Made by a program: the position numbers and the translations under genes. A stretch of DNA of 64,000 bases from contig OY729428.2 of NCBI GenBank assembly GCA_963422375.2, forward strand, positions 608,001-672,000. The letters run 5' to 3'. This DNA is from Bryobacterales bacterium. Lineage in GTDB: Bacteria > Acidobacteriota > Terriglobia > Bryobacterales > UBA6623. Shown piece by piece: positions 45,038-55,352 of this stretch (position 1 is the first letter of the stretch; each line of letters starts with the position of its first letter). The notes under the pieces were generated by a model that had not been told where the DNA came from, ran no database searches, and saw nothing but the letters and a program-made list of their open reading frames with translations.

Positions 45038-45155
45038 CCTGTGGTCTGCAAGACGCCCCGTCAGCCGTCGGCACGGAATCGGTGCGACTACTGTCGACTC
45101 TCTCTGAAGCCGAGTGCCGGTCTAGACTAGTGGGGACCGGTACCGTCGCAAGTTC

Positions 45156-46843
45156 GTGCAGATCATCGCCAAGGACGACCGCATCTACGAGGCCGTAGTC
45201 GTCGGCTCCGGCGCGACAGGCGGCTGGGTGGCCAAGACGCTGGCCGAGGCCGGAATGCGCGTGGCCCTGCTGGAAGCCGGGCATCGCACGACCGAGGCCG
45301 AATTCACCGAGCATCTGCGGGCCTACGACCTCAAGTACCGAGGCAGGTCCCCGGAAATCGCCCGCAACCGTCGCATCCAAAGCATGAAATACGCCTGCCG
45401 GGAGTCGAACTTCGAATGGTTCGTCGACGACGTCAAGAATCCCTACACCTACCCCGAGGGCAAGCCTTCCAGTGGACCCGCGGCCGCCAGCTCGGCGGCC
45501 GTTCGCTGACGTGGGCCCGCCAGAGCTACCGCCTCTCCCCGCTGGACTTCTCCGCCGCGAGCCATGACGGCTACGGCGAGAACTGGCCGGTGACCTACGA
45601 GGAGATGGTCCCCTACTACGAGAAGGTCGAGCGCTACGCGGGAATCAGCGGCGAACCGCTCGGCTTGATGCAGTTCCCGGACAGCGTCATGCAGCCCCCG
45701 ATGGCGATGACATGCGGCGAGAGGCACTTCAAGGACCGAGTCAGCGCTCGCTTCGACCGGCATGTCACGATCGGCCGGAGCGCGGTCCTGACCAAGGCGC
45801 TCAACGGGCGGCAGCCCTGCCATTACTGCGGGCCGTGCGAGCACGGCTGCGTCACGCATTCCTACTTCTCGAGCCTCTGGACGACGGTCGCCGACGCCGA
45901 GAGGTCGGGGAACTGCGACGTCCTGACCGATGCCGTCGTCTCGCACGTAACCGCTGACAGGAACTCGGGTCTCGCGAACGGCGTCGCCTACTTCGACCGG
46001 CTGACGCGCGCTCCGAGACAGATTCGAGCGAAGGCGGTCGTCCTGTCGGCGTCCGCCTTGGAATCGACGCGCATCCTGCTGAATTCGGGCAAGGGCTTCT
46101 GCAATTCGTCCGGCGCTCTCGGCCGCTACGTGATGGATCACATGTACGGCGGGGTTTCGGGAGTCCTGCCCGTGAAGGAAGACAGGAGGTGGGCCGGCCC
46201 TCCGAGCCGCCCCAACGGGCTGTACCTGCCGCGCTACCTCAATGTCGACCGCTCCCACACTGACGGCATGATTCGCGGCTTCGGCGCCCAGATGCGCAAC
46301 GGCTCCAGCTACGGCTCCCCCGGCGCGATCACCCGCGTGCCCGGCTTCGGGGCCCGCTTCAAGCAGGCGGTGCGCGAGTCGGAGAACTGGTGGCGCTTCG
46401 GGATCAGCACGTCAAGCGAGTGCCTGGCCCGCCACGAGAACTACGTCGAGCTCGACCCTCATGTCAGGGACGCTTGGGGCATTCCGGCGCTCCGGATGAA
46501 CGTGACTTGGGGAGACAACGAGATACGCTTGTTCCGGTACTCGGCGGACGCCGGCGAGGAAATGCTGCGGGCCGCCGGCGCCCGTGACATCCGCAAGATC
46601 GAGACCCCGCGCTGGCCCGGCGGCGCCACCCACGAGGTCGGGGCGGCGCGCATGGGGAACGACCCGCGCAAGTCCGTCCTCAACAAGTGGAACCAAGCTC
46701 ACGACTTGAGAAACTTATTCGTGACGGACGGTGCCGCGTTTGTGTCGATCGGCTGCGTGAATCCGACGCTGACGATGATGGCCCTCGCCCTCCGAGCATC
46801 GGAGTACCTCGTGGACGCTGCCAAGCGCGGCGATCTAGGCTGA
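45156..46843 (+). pseudogene. GMC-family flavoprotein oxidoreductase with one frameshift (or sequence error)
   Basis: VVGSGATGG in ORF 45156; after a shift near 45465, LGGRSLTW, CHYCGPC, HEVGAARMG, NPTLTMMAL in ORF ending 46843. Confidence 0.85.
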
Positions 46844-46903
46844 CGCCAACTGGCGGCGCAGCGCTATCGATGAGGCTCCGCGGGATGCTAGAGGGATATT
46901 CCA

Positions 46904-47340
46904 GTGAATCTAGGCGATCTAGAGCGTGTCGCTGCGGGCGGAGTGTCGGATCAGGTAGAATTCAAGAAATCGACTGCTCTTCTCAAGAGCGCATCTGAGA
47001 CAACCTGCGATTTCCTCCATGCAAATGGCGGCATAGTGCTGATCGGTGAAACGCTTGGCAGCAAGATTCTGGGCTAGGATGTCGGTTCGTTCTGCTTGCG
47101 ATTCCTCGCCCGAAATCATGTCACTCTCCTAGGTCTTACGTATCGCCTGACGGATCGGCAGCGTGAAATCTTGCGGCTCATCGCCCGGGGGCACAGACTT
47201 CCCGAGGTCGCGGAGCGGAGCGAGTCTCGGACCTGCCGAGAGTCCTGTTTTCACATGTAGTTTCCGGGATCGGCCGAATAAAGTCAGACTCATTCGTCCG
47301 GTCGCGGTCTTGAGACGGGTCCACTCGTCTGGAGCCCTCA
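46904..47340 (+). pseudogene. AlbA_2 (Schlafen-like) regulator remnant joined to an HTH-like tail
   Basis: Not in ORF track: MNLGDLERVAAGGVSDQVEFKKST...NGGIVLIG...G*DV, then LTDRQREILRLI; 3' boundary approximate. Confidence 0.7.
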
Positions 47341-48378
47341 TCCTAGGCGTCGAAACTGTCACTGCCGGGCCGAGAGTCCGCGCCGGGGCTGTTGGACGCG
47401 GCGCGACGCGCCTCGACGGCGGCGATACCGGTCCGTCGTGATCCTTGCCGGGCCCGCTTGCGGCTGGTGCGCTGCTCCCGGTCCGTCGGAGCCGTCCCAT
47501 ATTGCGACATCGCTAACGAGACGACCACGGGACGTCCGGGGACAGGGCAACCCTGCGGTCCATCGTCCTAGGCTGGGCGAATGCCCCGGCAACGGCGACA
47601 GCCCGGAATGACCCGTACGGCTCGAAGCGACTCGGTCTCCATGTTTCCGGGGGCTACGGCCGCGGTGCCGCGTGGCACATCCGGCAGAGCGCCAGCAACG
47701 GGGGAGTTAGGCTGCCGACGTGCGGCAATGCGCGGATCCGGGCTTGGAACCATGTGCCAGATGGTTGCTGGATTCGGTGCCAACGGCTGGCGTTCTGGCT
47801 CGCGCTTGAAGCGTGGAACTCTTGTGACTCCCCGGTGCGCTTGCAGTCGAGCGCGTCGCCTGCTCCGGACCGGACTGGACCCCTTGGAGCCTCGGCTTCC
47901 AACCTTGGGTGGGAACGCTACCACCCGGCCCGAAGGGGCGGCGCTGGGGCTTGACGGCCCGAGTCAGCACTCGAACGGACCGCGCTTTCCCGAATCGATC
48001 TCTCGGGCGCCTCGGGACTCGGTGCGTCCCGTGAACCTGTCCCGTCCTCCGGCGAGGTCGCCGCGACAAGCCCCGAGGGAGCGAGCCCCTAGTTCGGGCC
48101 GTTCGCCGGCCTTGGACCGGCTTCGACGTACCGCTGCAGCGCGAACTTCACCGTGCGGCAGGATGAGCGCCGTTCCCTAATTCGCGGACTTCGCGGTGCC
48201 GATGGTGCTCGGCGCCCGCGGCGATGGCTCGACTCGGCTCCAGAAATAAGCTGGCAATAGGCTGGAATTCGACGATCCATCCTTGATTGCCACGTGGCTT
48301 CCCTACCTGCACGAAATCCAACTGTACCTATGCTAGCCAGCGTTCACTCTCGCAGATTCTTCGGGATCACCCTCCTCG

Positions 48379-49261
48379 CTACAAGCGGCCGGAGGGACCG
48401 CTGACAGGAGATCCGCCAGTGACCTGAAAGATGCCAAGGCCGAACATGCCGGGAATGGCAAACGGAAGAGCGCCGAGCTCCGCCCGCAGAGGAGCCTCCA
48501 AGTCCTTGAGACCGAAATTCTCTCGCGTCACCAGTCCCTGCCCCGCCATCAGATCGTCCATCCCGCGTACCGAGTACGCGCTGCGCATCGGCTCGTAGCA
48601 CGAGTCGACCAAGGCCAAGAGCGCTTCCCGAATCCGTCGGCAGCGCGGATCGGAAGAATCCTAGTCCAGCAAGTAGTCCACAGCCACACGTGTCCCGGGA
48701 GCCAGGCGCGTCGCGATGGAACTGGCGGCTTGCGCCAGCTCACCGGGCGTCAGGCAGTGGGCCACGCCCAGCATCGAGACGAGGGCGGGCTGCGAAGCGT
48801 CCAACGCCGAGCCGTCCATCGCATCGGCCACCGGGACGTCGGCCAGATCGGCCGCTACGGATGCGACCAAGCTTCCTTTCCTGCTCCCGCGGGCGGTCGA
48901 TCTCGAAGACGGCCGCGCGCCCCAGCGGGTCGGCCCGGCGCCAAGCGAAGGAATCCATGCCGGCACTCACGATGACGCACTGGGCCACTCCTTCCCGGAT
49001 CGCCTCTTCCAGCGCCTGCTCAACGTAGCGAGCCCGTACCACCACGCTCATGCTCGCCGGCACGATCAGGCCCAGCCAGTACCTCGTCACGAGCCACCCT
49101 AGTGAGCAGTACCGCAGCGCGAGGCCGAGCGCGGGCCCGCAGGGCAGCCTCGGGTACGGATCGCGCATCACGGGCGAGCGGTAGAGCAGGTGCCATGCCC
49201 GCTCGAATGCCACGAAGTCCGCCTTGGAAGGGGCCCAGTGCCTGCTGCCTGGCATTTGCAC
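48379..49261 (-). pseudogene. Class I SAM-dependent methyltransferase (LCM/ML2640-like), fragmented
   Basis: RARYVE, QCVIVSAGMDSFAWR, VFEID, VAADL, MLGV spread over three ORFs. Confidence 0.8.
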
Positions 49262-49458
49262 TCCCGGCTCGCTTCGGAGACCCGACGCGGTGCGCGAGCT
49301 TGCCTGAAGGCAGGGGCAGTCTCGCGGGACGGTTCGGTACTGGCGGCCCCGGGCAAGCCTGCGGGCGACTGGCGTGCCTCACGCCAAGGCCGCAGCCGGG
49401 GCGGCGCGCACGCCGCTAGCTGAAGCCGGAACCGAGCTCTCGAGACGCCCCGAGGCAA

Positions 49459-49533
<75 letters not shown>

Positions 49534-49565
49534 GATTTGCCGGACCTCCTAGCCCTTCGGTAGCT

Positions 49566-49641
49566 TGGAGCGGGAGACGGGACTCGAACCCGCGACATCG
49601 ACCTTGGCAAGGTCGCACTCTACCAACTGAGTTACTCCCGC
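49566..49641 (-). tRNA. tRNA-Gly(GCC)
   Basis: Reverse complement GCGGGAGTAACTCAG...CGACC-TTGCCAA-GGTCG...GGTTCGAGTCC...CTCCCGCTCCA. Confidence 0.98.
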
Positions 49642-49822
49642 TGGCTAGATCTGAGTGTAGCCTAACACACGCGGTGCGTCAACACCCCGGCAACGGAATC
49701 CCGCCTGCCAACGCGTCCGATACCATCGACTGGCCCGCCCGCGGGGAATACACGCGGGGTATAATCGGGTCACGGGGACGGCTCGCAGCCGTTCCGGCGG
49801 GCCTTCCGGCGAGGCGCTTGCC

Positions 49823-50818
49823 ATGCCGAGCATGGAGTTCAGAATCCGAGTTCGTCGAGCGGCTCTGCGCCTGCACCGCTCGATCCGCGAGGCGCGGATG
49901 ATCGCCAAGGCGCTGGTGGACACCGACCATCCGGTGCTGGCGCACCTAATTCCTACCCGGCGCTGCAACATCGCTTGCGCGTACTGCAACGAGTACGACG
50001 ACTTCTCGCGGCCGGTGCCGATCGACGTCCTCTGCCGCCGGACCGACCGCCTCGCGGACCTAGGCGTCAGCGTCGTCACGCTCAGCGGCGGCGAGCCGAT
50101 GCTCCATCCGCAGCTCGACGACCTGATCCGCCGCATCCGGGAGCGCAGGATGATCGCTGGCCTGATCACCAACGGGTACCTGCTCGGGCCCCGTCGCATC
50201 AGGCAGCTCAACGACGCAGGCCTGGAGTACCTCCAGATCAGCATCGACAATGTCGTGCCCGACGAGACGTCCATGAAGAGCTTGCGCGTGCTGGACCAAA
50301 AGCTCGCCATGCTATCCGAGCACGCCGACTTCGACGTGAACATCAACTCCGTGGTGGGCGCAGGCATCCCGAATCCCGGGGACGCCTATGCGGTGGCTCG
50401 GCGGGCGCTGGATCTCGGCTTCACCAGCACCGTCGGAGTCATCCACGACAGCGACGGCCAGCTGCGGCCGCTAGGAAGGACCGAACGGCAGGTTTACAAC
50501 CAAGTCAAGGCCCTCTCCAAGCGCGGCTACAGCCGCCTGACTTTCTTCCAGGACAATCTCGTGGAAGGAAGAACGAACAAGTGGTCCTGCCGGGCGGGCG
50601 CCCGCTACCTCTACGTGTGCGAGGACGGCCTGGTCCACTACTGCTCGCAGCAGAGAGGCACCCCGGGCATTCCCTTGGAAGAATACGGCGTCGCGGACAT
50701 TCGCGGGGCGTACAAGACACCCAAGTCCTGCGCTCCGGCCTGCACGGTGTCGTGCGTCCACAAGGCGTCCGCCGTGGACTTCTGGCGGGATCACCACCGG
50801 CCCCCCGCCCGAGTTTGA
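49823..50818 (+). CDS. Radical SAM protein with Cys-rich C-terminal (SPASM/twitch-like) region
   Basis: CNIACAYC, SGGEP, ITNG, ISID; CRAG..C..C..CAPACTVSC. Confidence 0.9.
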   Translation: MPSMEFRIRVRRAALRLHRSIREARMIAKALVDTDHPVLAHLIPTRRCNIACAYCNEYDDFSRPVPIDVLCRRTDRLADLGVSVVTLSGGEPMLHPQLDDLIRRIRERRMIAGLITNGYLLGPRRIRQLNDAGLEYLQISIDNVVPDETSMKSLRVLDQKLAMLSEHADFDVNINSVVGAGIPNPGDAYAVARRALDLGFTSTVGVIHDSDGQLRPLGRTERQVYNQVKALSKRGYSRLTFFQDNLVEGRTNKWSCRAGARYLYVCEDGLVHYCSQQRGTPGIPLEEYGVADIRGAYKTPKSCAPACTVSCVHKASAVDFWRDHHRPPARV

Positions 50819-50838
50819 GGCACGGGCCGCCCGGTCCG

Positions 50839-52170
50839 TCAATCGGTCGGCAGCCAGCCGCAGTCCCTGCCCTCCGCGCATAGAAACACGCGACCCCCGG
50901 GAATCGGGTGCGCCCGCGCCCAAGCCTCGCCGTTGACGAGCAGCGCCGTCGACCAAGCCTCCGTGTCGATGGCCAGCGGGGCGATAACAGAAACCGCGGC
51001 CACTCCGGCCGCGGGCCGCCCCGAGCGGGGATCGATAATGTGGCCGTATCGCTTCCCGCCCTTCTCGAAGAACGATTCGTACGACCCCGATGCCGAAAGC
51101 GCCTCGTCCCTTAGAGTCACGGTGGCCACCGGCCTGCCGTCGCTCCGCGGGCCGCGCAGGTCCAAGCTCCATCCCCCGCCGTCCGGAGGCGCCCCTAGCG
51201 CGAACACGCTGCTGCCGCCCGAGCTGACCAGCGCGGCCTCGATGCCCCGCGCGCGAAGAGCTGCGACCGCCCGGTCCACCGCGTAACCCTTCCCGATCCC
51301 GCCCGGATCCAGCAAAAGGCTCGACCGCCGGAATCGAACGGTGCGCTCGTGCCGGTTCAACTCGAGGTGGCGGTAGCCGCTGTTCCGCCGGGCCCGCCAG
51401 AGGGTCCAAGGCCACGGCATGACCCCATCGCCCTTGTAGAATCCCCACGCGCTGACCAAGGCCCCGACCGTGATGTCGAAGGCCCCTTCGGTTTCCCGCG
51501 CATAGCGCAGGCAGCGGTCGAGCAGGTCCGCCATCTCCGGCGAGATCTTGACCGGGCCGCGGGCCGCCTCGCGGTTGATGCGGCTGAGCTCGCTGTCCTG
51601 CTTGTAATTGCTCAGGAAGGCGTCCACGCGGCGGGCCTCGTCAAAGGCCGCGGTGACCGCGCCGGCCGCCGCGCTCTTGGTGGATGCGTAGCAAGCGATG
51701 CGGAACTCGCTGCCCATGATGGCCGACGACAACTCCAAGCGCTCCAACCCGAGCGCGTAGGCTGGCGAGGCGAACTGCAGGGCCGTCGCGGCCAAGACGG
51801 CAGCCAGTCCCTTGCGGATCCGCTTGCGGATCCGATCCAGCAGCTCGTCCATGCGCCGCGCATGCCGCTCTCCCAGGTCGAGCGCGAAGCGCAGCTCCGG
51901 GACGTGGCGCATGCGCAGGCTCTGCGCCAGCGCCTTGCGAATGAAGGGGGTGGCCCGCTCCAGCGCCTCCACCGGCCGCGGGTCCGCTTCCGCAGGGGTC
52001 GCCGGATCCCACGGCGCGACGAAGACGCGGGCGGAGCGCTTGTCCGGCGACAAGACAACCCGGCTTACACGCACGGCCGCCACGTCCGGGTCGCGAACTT
52101 CGCCCGCCACGATCCGCGTCAGCTCCCGCAGAAGCGTGCTCTCGGCGCGGTCGTGCCTGAACGACGGCAT
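50839..52170 (-). CDS. rbfA: Fusion: ribosome-binding factor A (aa ~1-116) + signal/TM segment + ApbE flavin transferase
   Basis: RbfA: EVRDP, VVLSPDKRSARVFV, LRMRHVPELRF..D; ApbE: IMGS, FDITVG, LDPGGIGKGY, SGSYE, HIIDPRSG; one ORF. Confidence 0.88.
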   Translation of the reverse strand: MPSFRHDRAESTLLRELTRIVAGEVRDPDVAAVRVSRVVLSPDKRSARVFVAPWDPATPAEADPRPVEALERATPFIRKALAQSLRMRHVPELRFALDLGERHARRMDELLDRIRKRIRKGLAAVLAATALQFASPAYALGLERLELSSAIMGSEFRIACYASTKSAAAGAVTAAFDEARRVDAFLSNYKQDSELSRINREAARGPVKISPEMADLLDRCLRYARETEGAFDITVGALVSAWGFYKGDGVMPWPWTLWRARRNSGYRHLELNRHERTVRFRRSSLLLDPGGIGKGYAVDRAVAALRARGIEAALVSSGGSSVFALGAPPDGGGWSLDLRGPRSDGRPVATVTLRDEALSASGSYESFFEKGGKRYGHIIDPRSGRPAAGVAAVSVIAPLAIDTEAWSTALLVNGEAWARAHPIPGGRVFLCAEGRDCGWLPTD

Positions 52171-53144
52171 TCCTCGTGCCCATCATGGCACAGGGCTTCC
52201 GGCCCGCGGGACGTAGGAACGGCGGGGAGCGCGGCGGGGAGACGCGGCGACAGGATCGAATCGGGCGGAAACCGAAGCGGATCGGAGTTGAGCGAATCCG
52301 GGCTCAAGCCAGATTCATCTGCCCCCAACACTTGGCGAGGAGCGGGCGGACTGGATGGCATGCAGGTACTCTTCGCCGGCCCGGTCAACCGGCCGCCGTA
52401 CTCCCGTGCGTGCGAATTCCGAGCAGTGCAGTGCGCAGGACAGGAAACCATCATGGCGGTCGGCTCGCCTTGCCCGCCGAAGGTGAGTTTCCGCCCTACC
52501 CTTCGCGCCTCTTGGACTCGATTACCGACACTATTCTTCGCAGAAATTCTTTGCAGAATGCGATCTCAACTAGAGGCACCAATAGGCTTCTACTTCGACT
52601 GACTCGTAGATTCATTGTCTTTCAGTCGTGACAGCCATCGCCGAAAGACTTCACCGAAATCGCTGGCGAGACCGTTCTGGGCGGGGTGGCGCCGGGCCGC
52701 CACTTGCCAGCGAAGCGCTGGATCGCCTGCCTGCTCGACGCCGGCACCGCGGTCACGCTTGCGCGGCGATCGACCGGCCCTCGAAGGGAAGGTCGCTCAA
52801 GCGTTCGAAGCGCGCGAGGGCCTTGGGCAGGGACACCGGGCGGCGGCAGTCCACGCGGGCCGCTCGCAGCAGCGTCACGCCGCAGAGCGCAGTAGCGCCC
52901 GAAGGGCCGCCTCCGGCTCAAGCGGACGACCGCCGGTCTGAGGCGGGACAGCGCACGGCGGTGACCGGGAAGGCATTCGCGTTGCCCCTGACGCCTGCCG
53001 ACATGTCCTCCGGCGCCAGCTCGTGCAGGCCTGGCACCGCGGGCGGCAGCGGCGGGAATCGCAGCGCGGTCCGCACACAAGCCGCGCGGCCGCGGACCGC
53101 CCCGCAGGGAGCCGGTGTGCAATTCTGAGAAGAGTGGGGCGTGC

Positions 53145-53816
53145 GTGGAGGAAGGCGGTTCGGGGGAGACGATCGCGCTCGCGCTAGAGGTCGCGGGGGA
53201 CGGAGACGCGCTGCGCTCCATCTCCGATGTGATCGCCAGACGGGGCGCTCGCGTCACGTGGATCTCGATACTTGACCCGCAGAAGGTCATCGAGACGATT
53301 CTGGTGGAGCTGGTCGGCGTGCCGGACCTGCCCAGCCTGGTCGCGGCGCTCCACGCGCTCGACTGCGTGCGCTCCGCGTCGAGGAAGCACGCGCTGCATC
53401 AGATTTTCGGCAAGCGTATCATCATCATCGGCGGCGGTTCGCAAGTGGGCCAAGTCGCCCTAGGCGCCGTGTCCGAGGCGGACCGGCACAACCTCCGCGG
53501 CGAGCGGATCTCGATCGACACGATTCCGCTGGTCGGGGAGCCGCGACTGGCGGAGGCGGTCCGCGCCACGGCGAGGCTCCCGCGCGTGGAAGCGGTCGTC
53601 CTGGCCGGAGCCCTGATGGGCGGAGAGATCACGGAGGCGGTGAAAGAAGTGCAGGCCAAGGGCCTGCTGGTGATCTCGCTCAACATGGCAGGCTCGGTGC
53701 CGGCCGCGGCCGACCTCGTCGTGACGGACCCGGTCCAGGCCGGCGTCATGGCGGTCATGGCGGTGGCCCACACCGCGGAATTCGACGTCCCGAGGCTCGG
53801 CGGACGCCGCTTCTGA
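53145..53816 (+). CDS. ACT-domain / DUF5612-like protein
   Basis: IFGKRIIIIGGGSQV, EADRHNLRGERISIDTIPLVGE, SLNMAGSV, VTDPVQAGVMAVM. Confidence 0.78.
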   Translation: MEEGGSGETIALALEVAGDGDALRSISDVIARRGARVTWISILDPQKVIETILVELVGVPDLPSLVAALHALDCVRSASRKHALHQIFGKRIIIIGGGSQVGQVALGAVSEADRHNLRGERISIDTIPLVGEPRLAEAVRATARLPRVEAVVLAGALMGGEITEAVKEVQAKGLLVISLNMAGSVPAAADLVVTDPVQAGVMAVMAVAHTAEFDVPRLGGRRF

Positions 53817-53864
53817 AGCCGGAGCGACGGCGCGGCACCGTGCCGCGAGTTGGTACACTTTGGC

Positions 53865-54872
53865 TTGCCCGCCAACCGGAGAATCGTCCTCGCATCCCGC
53901 CCCGTCGGCATGCCGACGCCGGACGACTTCCGCCTCGAGGGCAGGCCCGTGCGAGAGCCCTCCGACGGAGAATGCCTCGTGCGCGTGTCGTACCTTTCGG
54001 TCGACCCCTACATGCGGGGGCGGATCAGCGGCCGCAAGTCGTACGCCGCGCCCGTTGCACTCGGGCAGACGATCGTGGGCGCGGCCGTCGGGCGCGTCCT
54101 CCAATCCAAGTGCGAGGAATTCAAGGCCGGGGAGTACGTGACCGGCAACCTCGGCTGGCAGGAGTACGCCACCCCGAGGGCCGACATCCTGCGGCGCGTC
54201 GAACCCGATGCCGCGCCCCTTTCCGCTTACCTCGGCGTGCTCGGCATGCCCGGGCTCACCGCCTACTACGGCCTGCTCAAGGTGGCCGGCGTGTCGCCGG
54301 GCGAGACCGTATGCGTTTCCGGGGCGGCCGGCGCCGTGGGCTCCGCCGTCGGCCAGATCGCGCTTCTGAAGGGCTGCCGGGCGGTCGGCATCGCCGGAGG
54401 CCCGCGCAAGTGCGCGTGGATCGCCGAGAGGCTAGGCTTCGATGCGGCGGTCGACTACAAGGGAGAGGACGTCGGCAGGGCCCTCGCGAGCGCCTGCCCC
54501 GACGGCGTGGACGTGTATTTCGACAACGTCGGCGGCCCCGTGACCGACGCCGTGTTCCCGCATCTTAACGTCAGGTCCCGGGTGGCGATCTGCGGCCAGA
54601 TCTCCCAGTACAATGCCATCGACGCGCCGGTGGGCCCGCGGCTGCTGTGGCATTTCATCGTCAAGCGCATCCGGGCCCAAGGCTTTCTGGTATTCGACTT
54701 CCGGGAGCACGACCGCGAAGCGCTCGCCGAAATGGCCGCCTGGGTCCGCGACGGCCGCGTCAAGTACGCAGAGACCGTCGCGGAAGGCATCGCGAACGCC
54801 CCCGCAGCCTTCATCGGCATGCTCGGCGGCGCAAACACCGGCAAGCAGGTTGTGAAGATCTCCGACGCCTGA
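53865..54872 (+). CDS. NADP-dependent oxidoreductase (CurA/prostaglandin reductase-like MDR)
   Basis: LASRP, SVDPYMR, LGMPGLTAY, SGAAGAVG, FDNVGG, CGQISQY. Confidence 0.93.
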   Translation: MPANRRIVLASRPVGMPTPDDFRLEGRPVREPSDGECLVRVSYLSVDPYMRGRISGRKSYAAPVALGQTIVGAAVGRVLQSKCEEFKAGEYVTGNLGWQEYATPRADILRRVEPDAAPLSAYLGVLGMPGLTAYYGLLKVAGVSPGETVCVSGAAGAVGSAVGQIALLKGCRAVGIAGGPRKCAWIAERLGFDAAVDYKGEDVGRALASACPDGVDVYFDNVGGPVTDAVFPHLNVRSRVAICGQISQYNAIDAPVGPRLLWHFIVKRIRAQGFLVFDFREHDREALAEMAAWVRDGRVKYAETVAEGIANAPAAFIGMLGGANTGKQVVKISDA

Positions 54873-54901
54873 CCGGCCCGCCAAGGACAAGAAACGAGGA
54901 A

Positions 54902-55330
54902 ATGCACATGACCAAGACCACGAAGGCGCTCCTGCCGCTGCTGCTCTTAGTGCCGCTCGCGGCCAGCGCTGACGATCACGAAGGCCGCGACGGCGACGGG
55001 CGCGTGTTCGAGATGCGCATCTACACCGCCGCCGAGGGCAAGCTGCCCGACCTGATGGCGCGGTTCCGCAACCACACCAACTACCTGTTCGTGAAGCACG
55101 GCATGGACCTGATCGGCTACTGGACGCCCACCGAGGGGGAGGAAGCGGGCAACACGCTGGTCTACCTCCTCGCCCACGACAGCCGCGAGGCCGCCAAGAA
55201 GTCCTGGGCCGGATTCGGATCCGATCCCGCATGGAAGAAGGCCGCGGCCCAATCCCGCCAGGACGGCAGGCTGGTCGCCAAGATCGAGAATCAGTGGCTC
55301 AGGGCCACCGACTTCTCGCCGCTCAAGTAG
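54902..55330 (+). CDS. NIPSNAP-family protein with signal peptide
   Basis: FEMRIY...GKL...RF..HT..LF.KHGM..IGYW, DP.W, TDFSP. Confidence 0.88.
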   Translation: MHMTKTTKALLPLLLLVPLAASADDHEGRDGDGRVFEMRIYTAAEGKLPDLMARFRNHTNYLFVKHGMDLIGYWTPTEGEEAGNTLVYLLAHDSREAAKKSWAGFGSDPAWKKAAAQSRQDGRLVAKIENQWLRATDFSPLK

Positions 55331-55352
55331 CGGGCGGGGCACCCACTCCGCC

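Noticed and set aside
45070..45085. GGCACGGAATCGGTGC resembles the Cas9 tracrRNA terminal hairpin
   Set aside because: Only 16 nt with mismatches, no anti-repeat or cas9; more likely chance or a tnpB left-end hairpin
47699..47835. Possible MITE bounded by GGGGAGTTA / TGACTCCCC
   Set aside because: IR about 10 bp, no TSD found, no second copy in the window
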